Virus record (IMG/VR): IMGVR_UViG_3300044541_000010
Span: 1-56,911 of that record
Strand: one strand, 5' to 3'
Length of the DNA: 56,911 nucleotides
Origin: a virus
Lineage: Duplodnaviria > Caudoviricetes
The notes beneath the pieces are model-generated. The model did not search any database. It was given only the letters and a program-made list of their open reading frames with translations, and was not told where the DNA came from. Of the stretch, positions 9,028 to 18,003 are shown in pieces (position 1 is the first letter of the stretch; each line of letters begins with the position of its first letter). Made by a program: the position numbers and the translations under genes.

Positions 9028-10060
9028 CGTCGACCACACCTCCGCCCGAACCGAGGGCCGAGAAGTCCAGCGACGACACCCATGTGGAGGGCAGCGGCGG
9101 GAACGCGCCCTTACCCGTGCCGTTGCGGGTACCGCCCTTGAACTGGTCCGAGTACTTCGACCCGAGGATCTCCACGTGATACCGCCGACGGATGCGCGCG
9201 AAGGATGAGAACGACTCGTCGCCGTACAACGTGCCCGCGTCATCGGACTTCTTGATGCGGGCCAGCCCGTCGAGACACTTGCGGTAACCGAGCTGGTTGC
9301 CGGCCTTGATGCCCGGTGCCCAGTCGAACCGGTTGCCGTACTCGGACAGCAGGTCGGCGTGGATGTCCGGGTCACCGAGAGCCCAGGCCAACGACCGGAA
9401 CCCATGGAACTGCGCCAGGTCGATCGTCCACACGAACCGGATATCTCCGATGGGGATGCCGGTGATCTGCGAAGCCTCGTAGGCGAATGACCGGGCCACG
9501 GCCATGTCCAGGATGGCGAGGTACCCGAAGTACGTGGTGCGGCTGTGCAGGGACACCGTCGGCACGGGGAGCTTGCGGAATGAGAGGTTCAACATGCACG
9601 AACCCCAGCGCCGGCGTACCGATCGACCGACTCCCTTGCCCTGCACCATGCGAGTCTTGAAGTACTCGATGCCGTCCAGGTCGTCGTCTAGCCCGGCGAA
9701 CAGCTCGGCATCGGTGATCTGGTGCTCGCCCGCGCGCAGGATGGCGATGCCCGTGCCTTTGGACTTGGTGCCGTAGTTCGGTCCGGCCATCCGTTCTTCG
9801 ATCTTGTCCAGGCAGTCGTCGAGCCAGACCGGGTCGATGTACTGACGGATCATCATCTTCCAGCGTGACGGCGGAATCCACAACCGCTTGAGGTCGAACT
9901 CGAAGTCGATCGAGTCGCAGAAGATCGACACGTTGTGCAGGCCAAGCTCCGTCCCCCGTGTCCAGTCGTAGTCGCGTCCGGGCGTGTCGCCGTAGACGAG
10001 CTGCTCGCACATGCCATCATGCGCGGCCAGCGGGTTGGCGTATCGGTAGGCGTGGATCAC
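9002..10060 (-). CDS. Divergent second thymidylate-synthase-fold protein
   Basis: WGSCMLNLSF...VSLHSRTTYFGYLAILD aligns with the TS PC..RS.D.......N/D core; adjacent to the first TS. Confidence 0.6.
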   Translation of the reverse strand: MIHAYRYANPLAAHDGMCEQLVYGDTPGRDYDWTRGTELGLHNVSIFCDSIDFEFDLKRLWIPPSRWKMMIRQYIDPVWLDDCLDKIEERMAGPNYGTKSKGTGIAILRAGEHQITDAELFAGLDDDLDGIEYFKTRMVQGKGVGRSVRRRWGSCMLNLSFRKLPVPTVSLHSRTTYFGYLAILDMAVARSFAYEASQITGIPIGDIRFVWTIDLAQFHGFRSLAWALGDPDIHADLLSEYGNRFDWAPGIKAGNQLGYRKCLDGLARIKKSDDAGTLYGDESFSSFARIRRRYHVEILGSKYSDQFKGGTRNGTGKGAFPPLPSTWVSSLDFSALGSGGGVVDDDDDDEDE

Positions 10061-10848
10061 CGGGTGTCCGTCACGCGCTTGTGATCGGCGGACCGGAGGT
10101 GCGCCGAGTGTTCGGCCTGCGTCATGCCGGGTACTCCGCAGTTACCGCACGTCCACAGGCGCAGCTCATCGGTCGCGGGGGGAACGGGAACGGGTGACGG
10201 GACTATCCGCTGTCCATACTGGTCGAGCGGGCACGGCGTATTGGCCTCGGTGTGGCCACGGTGCGGCGTGCCGGGGCAGTCAGACGCGAGCTTGTACCCG
10301 GCGATCGTGCCGTGGCCGTTCACCGGGTCGACGATGGGGTGGGTGTGGCGGTACTTCGCTGATACCTCGCACCACGAGCGAAGCTCGTCAGCCCCCCCGG
10401 GACCGAACGGCTCGGCCGGCGTGCAGTGCACCGCCGCGTCGTCGTAGGCACGGTGGCATTGGGGGCACTTGGTCGTCACGCCGTCGTAGCCGTGGGCGAT
10501 GCGGTCGAAGTTGACCTTCTGCTTGGCGGTGGTCAGCTTGACCAGCTCACCGGGTGTGACGCCGACCAGCAGCATGAGGTTCATGAGGTGCTGCCACGTG
10601 TCGCGCAACTCGGACACGAACGCCTCACGGTTGATGTGTGTGGACGTCGCCCATGACTTCCAGCCCACTTCGGCCAAGGCCTCGTTCACCTCGTTGATGA
10701 GGGCGAGCGCCTGCTCCCGGAGGTACTCCATCATCTGGGGTGTGGTGAAGTCGGCCGGGTCCGTGCCGTCGTGCAGGGCCATCTGCAACTCACGCTGCTG
10801 ACGGAACATCCGGCCGAGACCGGACAGTGTGCGGGTTTCGGTCCTCAT
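10057..10848 (-). CDS. All-alpha dimeric dUTPase/dCTPase (MazG-like) with Cys/His-rich C-terminal extension
   Basis: Q.ELQ, EVNEALAEVGWKSW, ELRDTWQHLMNL, K..VNFDR motifs. Confidence 0.85.
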   Translation of the reverse strand: MRTETRTLSGLGRMFRQQRELQMALHDGTDPADFTTPQMMEYLREQALALINEVNEALAEVGWKSWATSTHINREAFVSELRDTWQHLMNLMLLVGVTPGELVKLTTAKQKVNFDRIAHGYDGVTTKCPQCHRAYDDAAVHCTPAEPFGPGGADELRSWCEVSAKYRHTHPIVDPVNGHGTIAGYKLASDCPGTPHRGHTEANTPCPLDQYGQRIVPSPVPVPPATDELRLWTCGNCGVPGMTQAEHSAHLRSADHKRVTDTR

Positions 10849-11381
10849 CAGCAGGCCACCTTTCGAAGCGTCTCGTACACGGCGCTGAACTTACGGATGG
10901 TGTAGTCGTAGGGGATGACCACGCCGGGCCAGTCCACCATGACACGGAGGTAGTCGTTGTAGATGCGGACCGCGTTGTCGGTCACGCCGGCCATGTGCTC
11001 CCCGGCCATCATGTTGGCGTTGACGACGTGCCACGGCGGAAGACAGACCACCAGTACCGCGTGATCGGTGAGCCGGTCCGTCATCAGACCGCGCCAGCCG
11101 TTGTGCTCGAAGCCCGGGGCGAGCTTGCCACGGCACGCCGGGCCGTAGATGTACTCGCTGACGAGCGGGTGACGGTCGTAGATCCACGGCTTGATCTTGA
11201 AGGCCACCTCCGTCATGTCATCGCGCACGAGTTGCGCCAGGTTGGCGTGCGGTCCGTCGATGCTGTGGCTGAAACGCGGGTGCAGGTCCCACGCCTCAGG
11301 CATCCGCTTCAAGAGCTCATTGATGAACGTGGTCTTACCGGCCCCGTCGGGGCCTTCCACCACGATATGCTTTATGGTCAT
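10848..11381 (-). CDS. dNMP (thymidylate-like) kinase
   Basis: IVVEGPDGAGKTT P-loop; IYDRHPLVSEYIYG. Confidence 0.9.
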   Translation of the reverse strand: MTIKHIVVEGPDGAGKTTFINELLKRMPEAWDLHPRFSHSIDGPHANLAQLVRDDMTEVAFKIKPWIYDRHPLVSEYIYGPACRGKLAPGFEHNGWRGLMTDRLTDHAVLVVCLPPWHVVNANMMAGEHMAGVTDNAVRIYNDYLRVMVDWPGVVIPYDYTIRKFSAVYETLRKVAC

Positions 11382-11406
11382 GCGTCCTACCCTATGTCGG
11401 TGTGGA

Positions 11407-12930
11407 TCAGCGGCGCAACGACGTACGCAGGAGTGAAGCGGGTCGCCGGAGGATGGCCGAGGTGACGTCGCCGTCCATGCATAGCGTGTCGTAGATCAGG
11501 TGGTCGATGGTGTTGGGAGCCATGAGGTATGTGTACCGCGTGCCTCGGGGTGACAGGGCGATGCGGTCACACATCTGCGTGTAGTCCACCCACGATGAGA
11601 TCAGACTGAACCAGATCATCTCCGATGCGGTGCTCATGTCGATGCCCACACCGCCGGCCGAGGGTTGGACCACCATGACCCCCGCACCGTCATGCCGTTT
11701 GAAGGCCTTCAGAGACGCGTCAGTGACCACACGGTGCACACCCCCACGGATGGACCAGTGCCGTAGGCCTAACGCGTCACAGAGCTTCTGAACGGCGTCA
11801 AGCTCGGCCTTGAACCGAGCGCAGATCACCACCTTCTCTTCGCGTTCTATCGTGTCCTCGATCAGGATCGTCTTGAGCGCGGCGAGCTTCTCTGTGCCGA
11901 CGCGCACTGAGCGGGAGACCATGCGGTCCGGGTCGTCGGGGTGTGGCTCGCGGATGCCGACGTATCCGCCGGTGATCTGCAATAGACGGAGGGTGACCAC
12001 GAGGGGGATAGACGCCTCCGCGATCTCGCCCGTCTCTATCTGGGTGACGAACTGCTCGGCCATCTCGTCGTAGTACCGCGCTGTCGTGCGAGACAGCGGC
12101 ACGCTGACGATGCGGTCGGGGAGGCGATCGGGCAAGTCCATGCACTCCTCCCGGTGCACCACCATGCCGTCCCGGTGGATACCGCGCTGGAGGTCGCGCA
12201 TACCGCTTTCCTTCGGACGCCTCCACAGCTCGATGCCGTCGTGACTCGTCCACACCCCCGTGTGGTCGCGGAACGCCTCGTAGGTCATGCCCCATCGGGC
12301 GAACCGGTCGGGGTTGATGAGGCGCCATTGCATGTAGATGTCGGCCGCCCGCTTGGCCTTGGTGATCGGCGTCCCGGTCAGGATCAGGTGATGGGTGAAC
12401 AGCGGCCGCATGCCTACGATCATGTTGGCCGACTTGGCCGACGGGTTCTTCAGCCGGTGCGACTCGTCGCAGACAATGAGCGACGTGTCGTCACCCAACC
12501 ACTTCTTCAGAATCGTCCGGTGCTTGAACCTACCCGAGGCGCGCGACCGGCCCGAGGGTATGCGGCGGCCCTGCGTGCCGAACGCCTCGTAGTTGGTAAT
12601 GAGCACCTGGATGTCGTACCCGGGATCGTGGCGAGGGATCGGCTTCTTGCGTGCTCGTGCGTCCCACACGATCGTCTGAACGGTCAGCGGTGTGTGGGCG
12701 GCGATCTCGGCCAGCCACGTGCCCAGGACACGATTCGGCGCGATGATGACAACCTTCCGGATGCCGAACTTCATATGCCCCGCGCACATGGCGTCAATAG
12801 CCGTCTTGGTCTTCCCCGTGCGCGGCTCAAATAAGAGGGCCGCGCCGAGTCCGTCGGACCACTGCCGGAGGACGAACCTGACTCCCTCCCGCTGGTGCGC
12901 GTAGGGCTTGGTTCGGAAGACGTACTTCAC
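11407..12930 (-). CDS. SNF2-family (SF2) helicase
   Basis: PYAHQ, EPRTGKT, CDESH, LTGTP, GGVGIDM motifs. Confidence 0.9.
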   Translation of the reverse strand: MKYVFRTKPYAHQREGVRFVLRQWSDGLGAALLFEPRTGKTKTAIDAMCAGHMKFGIRKVVIIAPNRVLGTWLAEIAAHTPLTVQTIVWDARARKKPIPRHDPGYDIQVLITNYEAFGTQGRRIPSGRSRASGRFKHRTILKKWLGDDTSLIVCDESHRLKNPSAKSANMIVGMRPLFTHHLILTGTPITKAKRAADIYMQWRLINPDRFARWGMTYEAFRDHTGVWTSHDGIELWRRPKESGMRDLQRGIHRDGMVVHREECMDLPDRLPDRIVSVPLSRTTARYYDEMAEQFVTQIETGEIAEASIPLVVTLRLLQITGGYVGIREPHPDDPDRMVSRSVRVGTEKLAALKTILIEDTIEREEKVVICARFKAELDAVQKLCDALGLRHWSIRGGVHRVVTDASLKAFKRHDGAGVMVVQPSAGGVGIDMSTASEMIWFSLISSWVDYTQMCDRIALSPRGTRYTYLMAPNTIDHLIYDTLCMDGDVTSAILRRPASLLRTSLRR

Positions 12931-13158
12931 GGCGCATGGCCTCCGCATTCATGGCGTACCGGATGGACAGTCGGTGGAAGACGTATGACATCAGCTCGTG
13001 GTGCTCGGGTGTGGACCGGGGGAACTGGTCGAGGCACCACACGATCACGTCGTACCACGTCTTAAGCGAGGAACCAGCCGGCGACTGTGGCGACAACGTA
13101 TATACCTCCATACGTTACGGCGACGACCACACCGAAGTATCCGAGGCCGCGCACCCAG

Positions 13159-13533
13159 TCAGCCGCCGACATGGGACAGCCCGGCGTGAGTGTAGGCAGA
13201 TAACATTGCCTGGGCGTGATCGGTCCAGTGCGCCACGGCCGAACGACACCGACCACACCACACTTCGTAGATGGCCGGTTCACCGGCATCAGCCGGGACG
13301 CAGTTGTATACGCGCATCTTCTCTCGGTCGAGCATGCGCGCCTCAGACAACATGTGCGCTGGGTGGTTGAAGTGGCGCTGAGCCGCGTCGTTCATCTCAC
13401 TGCGGAATCCGGTGGCTACGGTCAGAACCCACGGGTACGCGCAGATCCGGCATTCCAACGCGTGCCACAGGCGTGGGTGCGGCGGACCGGGCTCGACCGG
13501 CACCACTTTGATGATGGCCTGCATGAGCGTCAC
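13159..13533 (-). CDS. Hypothetical protein with CxxC motifs
   Basis: Packed ORF; CRIC and CGRC. Confidence 0.5.
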   Translation of the reverse strand: MTLMQAIIKVVPVEPGPPHPRLWHALECRICAYPWVLTVATGFRSEMNDAAQRHFNHPAHMLSEARMLDREKMRVYNCVPADAGEPAIYEVWCGRCRSAVAHWTDHAQAMLSAYTHAGLSHVGG

Positions 13534-13793
13534 GCGTCATCATCCTCTCCGTTGACGCACGCGCGGTTCTGCGCGTCGGGACATCCGCCGATGCACTCAC
13601 CGTCCTCAGTGAACGGGCAGAAGGGGACGTTGGTCAGCAACGCGAGCACCTCCGGTGATACGTCTTTGGCCAAGATCTGGATGGCACGGGCATTCACGCC
13701 GATACACTGCTTGCTCCCGAGGAACGGCGGCTCATCCCACACGTGGGGCGGGTGGACTACAGTGGCCCCGCATGATGCGAGTCGGACGGTCAT
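13530..13793 (-). CDS. Hypothetical Cys-rich protein
   Basis: Overlapping start/stop with neighbours. Confidence 0.5.
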   Translation of the reverse strand: MTVRLASCGATVVHPPHVWDEPPFLGSKQCIGVNARAIQILAKDVSPEVLALLTNVPFCPFTEDGECIGGCPDAQNRACVNGEDDDA

Positions 13794-14317
13794 CAGTCCT
13801 CCAATAGGTTCGGGTCGCGCGGGAGTCCGGCGCGGCGGATGCCGCAGTAGTAGCACCGGAACGGCTCGTCTGTGGCGAGCGTGGGCTGGAGGCGCAACGC
13901 GTGGTGCGTGGCCGACCAGTTGCGGAATATCGACGGACGCCGGCAACGCGCGCACCACGTGAGGCCGGGCGGACAGGCATAAGTCGGTACCCAACGCTCG
14001 ACGATGGTCGGGGGGTTGGTCTTCGTGCGGAACTTGCGCCACTCGCCGGGGGGAGCGAACAGCACGCGCTTGCTCACCACGGCAACGTCTGCGACATCGG
14101 GCCGGATCAGGTACCGCTGGGCGACGTCCCACGCTCGCCCGTAGTCGTCGAACGTCCCGCGCTTCCAAGTACCGTCGCTCATGCGTGCCCACACCCACCA
14201 TGCGCCTTCACGCATCAGGCCGGGGTTGCGGCTCGTGGGGTGCGTCTCCATGTACTCGCGGAAGACGGGTATGTCGAGCAGTTCCGCCATCGTAGGCGGT
14301 GAGGCCAATCGGGCCAT
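13793..14317 (-). CDS. Hypothetical protein with C-terminal Zn-ribbon (WCARC...CYYC); first gene of leftward operon
   Basis: GAGGAGG RBS upstream of ATG at 14317. Confidence 0.7.
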   Translation of the reverse strand: MARLASPPTMAELLDIPVFREYMETHPTSRNPGLMREGAWWVWARMSDGTWKRGTFDDYGRAWDVAQRYLIRPDVADVAVVSKRVLFAPPGEWRKFRTKTNPPTIVERWVPTYACPPGLTWCARCRRPSIFRNWSATHHALRLQPTLATDEPFRCYYCGIRRAGLPRDPNLLED

Positions 14318-14401
14318 GGTTGGAATCCTCCTCGGGTTGCTTCGATGACCGATCATACCGACCGGGGCGGAGGAGTCATAACACGTGGCATGATAGCGGG
14401 T

Positions 14402-14584
14402 ATGCCGAAACGAAACCCCGCCCTGCCTGGAGAAACTCTGGGCAGCGTAACCATAACCGCAGACCTCGTGGAGTTCCACGAGTGGCGACGCCTGGTCAAA
14501 GCCGCCGGCCACTCGCCGTCAGTTCTCCTCCGCCGTTACGTCCGCGAAGACATCAAGCGCCGCCAGGCGGCTGCTCGTGTCTGA
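14402..14584 (+). CDS. Ribbon-helix-helix (CopG-like) DNA-binding protein
   Basis: SVTITAD...W.RLVKAAGHSPSVLLRRYVREDI; sits at the divergence point upstream of primase. Confidence 0.6.
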   Translation: MPKRNPALPGETLGSVTITADLVEFHEWRRLVKAAGHSPSVLLRRYVREDIKRRQAAARV

Positions 14585-16703
14585 CCGGGACACCTACCTA
14601 GACCACATGTTCGGCACCCGTCGCGGCTGGGTCGCCGTGGCGTACAAGGACCAGGATGCGAGCTGGCAAGAGAAGGCGTTCAAGTGGCCTTCAGCGCGTG
14701 CCTCGCTCGTCGGATGGGCACGGGTGCACGACGACGCCAATGTGTTCGTGTGCCCGTCTCTGCGTGGCTCTGAGGGCCGCAAGAAGGCCGACATGCCCCC
14801 CGACGGGTGCGAGTGGTTGTGGGCCGACGTCGACTGGGCGAAGATCACCGACCGCAACATCCGGGCCGAGGTAGCCGCGCGCATCGCGAAGATCGGCACC
14901 GTCGTCATAGCCTCAGGCAGCGGCGACAACCGTCACGTCTACGTCAAGCTCACGCGCGGTGTGGATGCGGACGAGCACCTGCGCCTGAACACCGGATTGC
15001 GCGACTACCTCTACGCCGACCACAAGCAGGCGGACAACTCGCTCCTCCGGTTGCCTGGCTCGCGCAACTGGAAGGAGGGCAACGACGGCACGCCCGTGGG
15101 TGTGGTCGGCGGCCACGGCAAGCGCGTGCGCCCCGAGGCGCTGGCCACGGTCAAGCAGTTCCGTGACGTCACGGTGAAGAAGGCCACCGACTCAGACGAC
15201 GGGTGGGAACGGGTAGATACGAGCGGGGTACCCCGCAAGTGGCAGCGTCTCGCCGCCATCGACACCGATGAGGCGGAAGGTCGTTTCGGCTCACGCCACG
15301 AGGCGGTGTGGGCGGTGACAGGCGACCTCGTCAAGGCGGGTCTCACGTCCGATCAGATCCACACCCTGATGGACGACTTCACTCCCGGTCGCGAGAAAGA
15401 GGATGAGGAACGCGGGTACTCCGTCCACGCGGACGTCGCCCGGCGTATCGCCAACCACGACCAGACCAAGGCCAAGCTAGAGAAGGCGGTCGAGCGGGGA
15501 TCAGACGACGGCTCGGCGTTCGAAGAACTCAGCGATGAGGAGATCGCCGCGTACGGCCCGACCAATCCGCTTGTGCGGCGCATCCTGGCATCACGCGAGG
15601 CCACCCGCGAGGCCGACGCGTATGAGGCTGCGGCTCGTTTCAGCGCACCGCCTGACGAGGTGTCGTGGTGTGTGGCCGATGCGCTGACCACACCACCGAC
15701 GGCGAGGCCGTACCTCATCCACGGCCTAGCCGGCGCTAAGCACAACGTCCTGGTGACGGCCGAGTACAAGACAGGAAAGACGGCGTTCATGCTCGCCACC
15801 GTGGCCAAGGCGTTGTGTGACGCCGAGCCGTTCGCAGGCGATGAGGAAAAGGCGGTCCCCGTCGAAGGACGTATCGTCGGCCACTGGAACTGCGAAGTGG
15901 AGGATGCCGAGCTGCTAGACGACTACGTCCGACCGATGGGTCTGCGCCACCCCGAGCGCCTGCACGTGGCCAACCTGCGCGGCTACTCTGTGAACATCAC
16001 CACGGCTCTGGGAAAGGCGTGGGCGGTCGAGTGGCTGAAGTCGCGGGGAGTGCAGGTGTGGATGGTTGACTCACTGGCTCGTCTCCTCCAGATGGCAGGT
16101 GTGGCCGAGAAGGACAATGACGAAGTACTGCGCGTCCTGATGGCCATCGACCAGATCAAGGTAGAGGCCGATGTCGACGTGTGTTTCGTCATCGCCCACA
16201 CCGGACGGACAGAGATGGAAGAGGGCAAGGAACGCGCCCGAGGCGCCACGGTCATCGACGACTGGGCCGACGCGCGCTGGATCATGACCAAGGACGGCGT
16301 GGGCAGTGGCGCTCTGCGGTTCTTGCGCGTGGACGGTCGCGGCGTGGCGCTGGACACGGTGTCGCTGGTATACAACGAGGACACGAAAGGATGTCGCCTC
16401 GGGGCCGAGAGCAAGAGTGAGGCGCGTGAATCCAGGGGCGTCCAGGGTGTGCTCACGGCGGTCGTGGATCACCCCGGAATCAACCAGCGGGCGTTGTTCA
16501 AGGTGTTGTCTGAACGATGCGGCGCGGGCCAGCGAACCGCTAAGGAATGGATCGACGATGCGGTCGAAGGCGGCCTTGTGACGGTGAAACGCGGGGGTGC
16601 GCGTGGCAGTTCCGCATCGTATTCGCCTGCGGTTTCGGCGAAGGGGAAAGACGGCGGAGGAGGAGGTGCGACACCCCGATTGGTCGACATGCGGCGTACG
16701 TAG
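14577..16703 (+). CDS. Primase (RepB-like) fused to RecA-like AAA_25 helicase
   Basis: WLWADVD, SGSGDNRHVY, LLRLPGSRNWK; AEYKTGKT, MVDSL, IAHTGR, RARGA. Confidence 0.85.
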   Translation: MSDRDTYLDHMFGTRRGWVAVAYKDQDASWQEKAFKWPSARASLVGWARVHDDANVFVCPSLRGSEGRKKADMPPDGCEWLWADVDWAKITDRNIRAEVAARIAKIGTVVIASGSGDNRHVYVKLTRGVDADEHLRLNTGLRDYLYADHKQADNSLLRLPGSRNWKEGNDGTPVGVVGGHGKRVRPEALATVKQFRDVTVKKATDSDDGWERVDTSGVPRKWQRLAAIDTDEAEGRFGSRHEAVWAVTGDLVKAGLTSDQIHTLMDDFTPGREKEDEERGYSVHADVARRIANHDQTKAKLEKAVERGSDDGSAFEELSDEEIAAYGPTNPLVRRILASREATREADAYEAAARFSAPPDEVSWCVADALTTPPTARPYLIHGLAGAKHNVLVTAEYKTGKTAFMLATVAKALCDAEPFAGDEEKAVPVEGRIVGHWNCEVEDAELLDDYVRPMGLRHPERLHVANLRGYSVNITTALGKAWAVEWLKSRGVQVWMVDSLARLLQMAGVAEKDNDEVLRVLMAIDQIKVEADVDVCFVIAHTGRTEMEEGKERARGATVIDDWADARWIMTKDGVGSGALRFLRVDGRGVALDTVSLVYNEDTKGCRLGAESKSEARESRGVQGVLTAVVDHPGINQRALFKVLSERCGAGQRTAKEWIDDAVEGGLVTVKRGGARGSSASYSPAVSAKGKDGGGGGATPRLVDMRRT

Positions 16704-16707
16704 CGAC

Positions 16708-16837
16708 AGTGTCAGCAAAGTGTCAGCAAAGTGTCAGCAAAGTGTCAGTAGGTGCTGAAGAATGGAGCGCCCCGTGAAAGGGAAAAGTGTCAGCGCATGG
16801 GGGTATGTTTTGTTAAAAACACCCCATGCTGACACTT
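16708..16837. repeat. Iteron-like tandem AGTGTCAGCAA x3.7 plus inverted repeat around an AT-rich core; candidate replication origin
   Basis: Copies at 16708, 16719, 16730, 16741; inverted arms AAGTGTCA..GCATGGGG / CCCCATGC TGACACTT at 16785-16837. Confidence 0.8.
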
Positions 16838-16881
16838 CCATTCCCGACCCCGAAACGGTGGGGTTGTGAGGCTGATACTCA

Positions 16882-17118
16882 GTGGGGATGATGAGGGCCA
16901 TGGCGAAGGAAGATGAATGGGAAGACAAGCCGCGTTGTGGCGAGCCGGTTCCGGACGGTGTGTTTGCCGACGGGGTGAACGCGACGTGCAACCGACTGGC
17001 CGGACATGACGAAGACATACACAATGCTCAGCGTCGGGTCAACGGGGTCTATGTAAGAGTGACGTGGTCTGCGAAGGGGAGGGATGATGGAACGCAACTC
17101 GGCGGTTGCGACGTCTGA
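16882..17118 (+). CDS. Hypothetical Cys/His protein
   Basis: C...C.RLAGH...H pattern. Confidence 0.5.
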   Translation: MGMMRAMAKEDEWEDKPRCGEPVPDGVFADGVNATCNRLAGHDEDIHNAQRRVNGVYVRVTWSAKGRDDGTQLGGCDV

Positions 17119-17392
17119 AGCCGGAGTTAGAGGTCCCTGGCTTCGAATGGAAATCTGCCGTCAGTGTTCTCAGCCTACTGGCCTTCCGTGTGTCGGATTG
17201 AAGGGCCAAGTCCGTGCCTCACCTCATCCGGGTCGGGAGTACAAGAGGCCCAAGCCGACAGACGCCGGAGCTGGGCCGCGCTGTCTCGACCGGATGAAGT
17301 TGCGCGGCGGAGTGACGGTGTTCTGCGCGATCGGGTTCGGACACCGGCCTTCGATCAAGCACCAGTCCGGAGACGGGAGGCACACCTGGTGA
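17084..17392 (+). CDS. Small zinc-finger protein
   Basis: CRQC-x6-C...PHPGR. Confidence 0.6.
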   Translation: MMERNSAVATSEAGVRGPWLRMEICRQCSQPTGLPCVGLKGQVRASPHPGREYKRPKPTDAGAGPRCLDRMKLRGGVTVFCAIGFGHRPSIKHQSGDGRHTW

Positions 17393-17802
17393 CGACGCTC
17401 AACCTCACCACGTACAGTCCGAAGGTGATGGCGATCGGTTGCCGGAAGTGTGGTCGACAGCCGGGCGAGAGATGCAAGGGACCGAGCGGACGGGACACGT
17501 CGGCTCATGAGGCGAGGAGGATGGACGTGGAGAACATCGACATCGGTGACTACGTGAACGATCGGAGGCTCGGGTCGGTGGAGCCGAAGTACGCGTCGTT
17601 CCACGGCGAAGGCTGTGACGACGGCGTGCTGGTTCTGCCCCGGGAGGGTGGAGACGGGTTCTTCACCCAGCGCACCTACACCGATCCGGCCGATGGTGAG
17701 ATCAAGCACACGGTGAGCGAGCCGTACCCCACGGCGCCCGGTGCGCTGGAGGCGGCGATCGGTGACGTTCAGTGGACCGCAGAGGCCACTGAGAAAGCGT
17801 GA
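17389..17802 (+). CDS. Zinc-finger protein with the same motif as the upstream gene
   Basis: CRKC-x6-C...AHEARR; GGAGG RBS; GTGA overlap. Confidence 0.6.
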   Translation: MTTLNLTTYSPKVMAIGCRKCGRQPGERCKGPSGRDTSAHEARRMDVENIDIGDYVNDRRLGSVEPKYASFHGEGCDDGVLVLPREGGDGFFTQRTYTDPADGEIKHTVSEPYPTAPGALEAAIGDVQWTAEATEKA

Positions 17803-18003
17803 TGGTTGGTCGTACCCACGATCGGCGGGGTACGCGTCTCTGCGACGAACTGAGTGGCCTCTAAAGACGGTCGTAATTCGTGCCGTCGGTCCGTGATTGA
17901 CGACGGGTCGGATGCGTCAGATAACGCACCGGCCCTTTGTCATGGCACGGCTAGCGTCTGATCCGTACCGTGGTGGACGTTGCCTATCGAAGGAGAGCAC
18001 GAC

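Noticed and set aside
7934-10060. hmU/thymidine hypermodification, 7-deazaguanine or dZ pathway
   Set aside because: No recognisable hmU DNA kinase, aGPT-Pplase, queCDE/dpdA or purZ; the Asp specificity residue points to a cytosine nucleotide
12827-13111. ORF upstream of the helicase
   Set aside because: Overlaps the helicase by about 100 bp and has no motif; possibly real but not supportable from sequence alone
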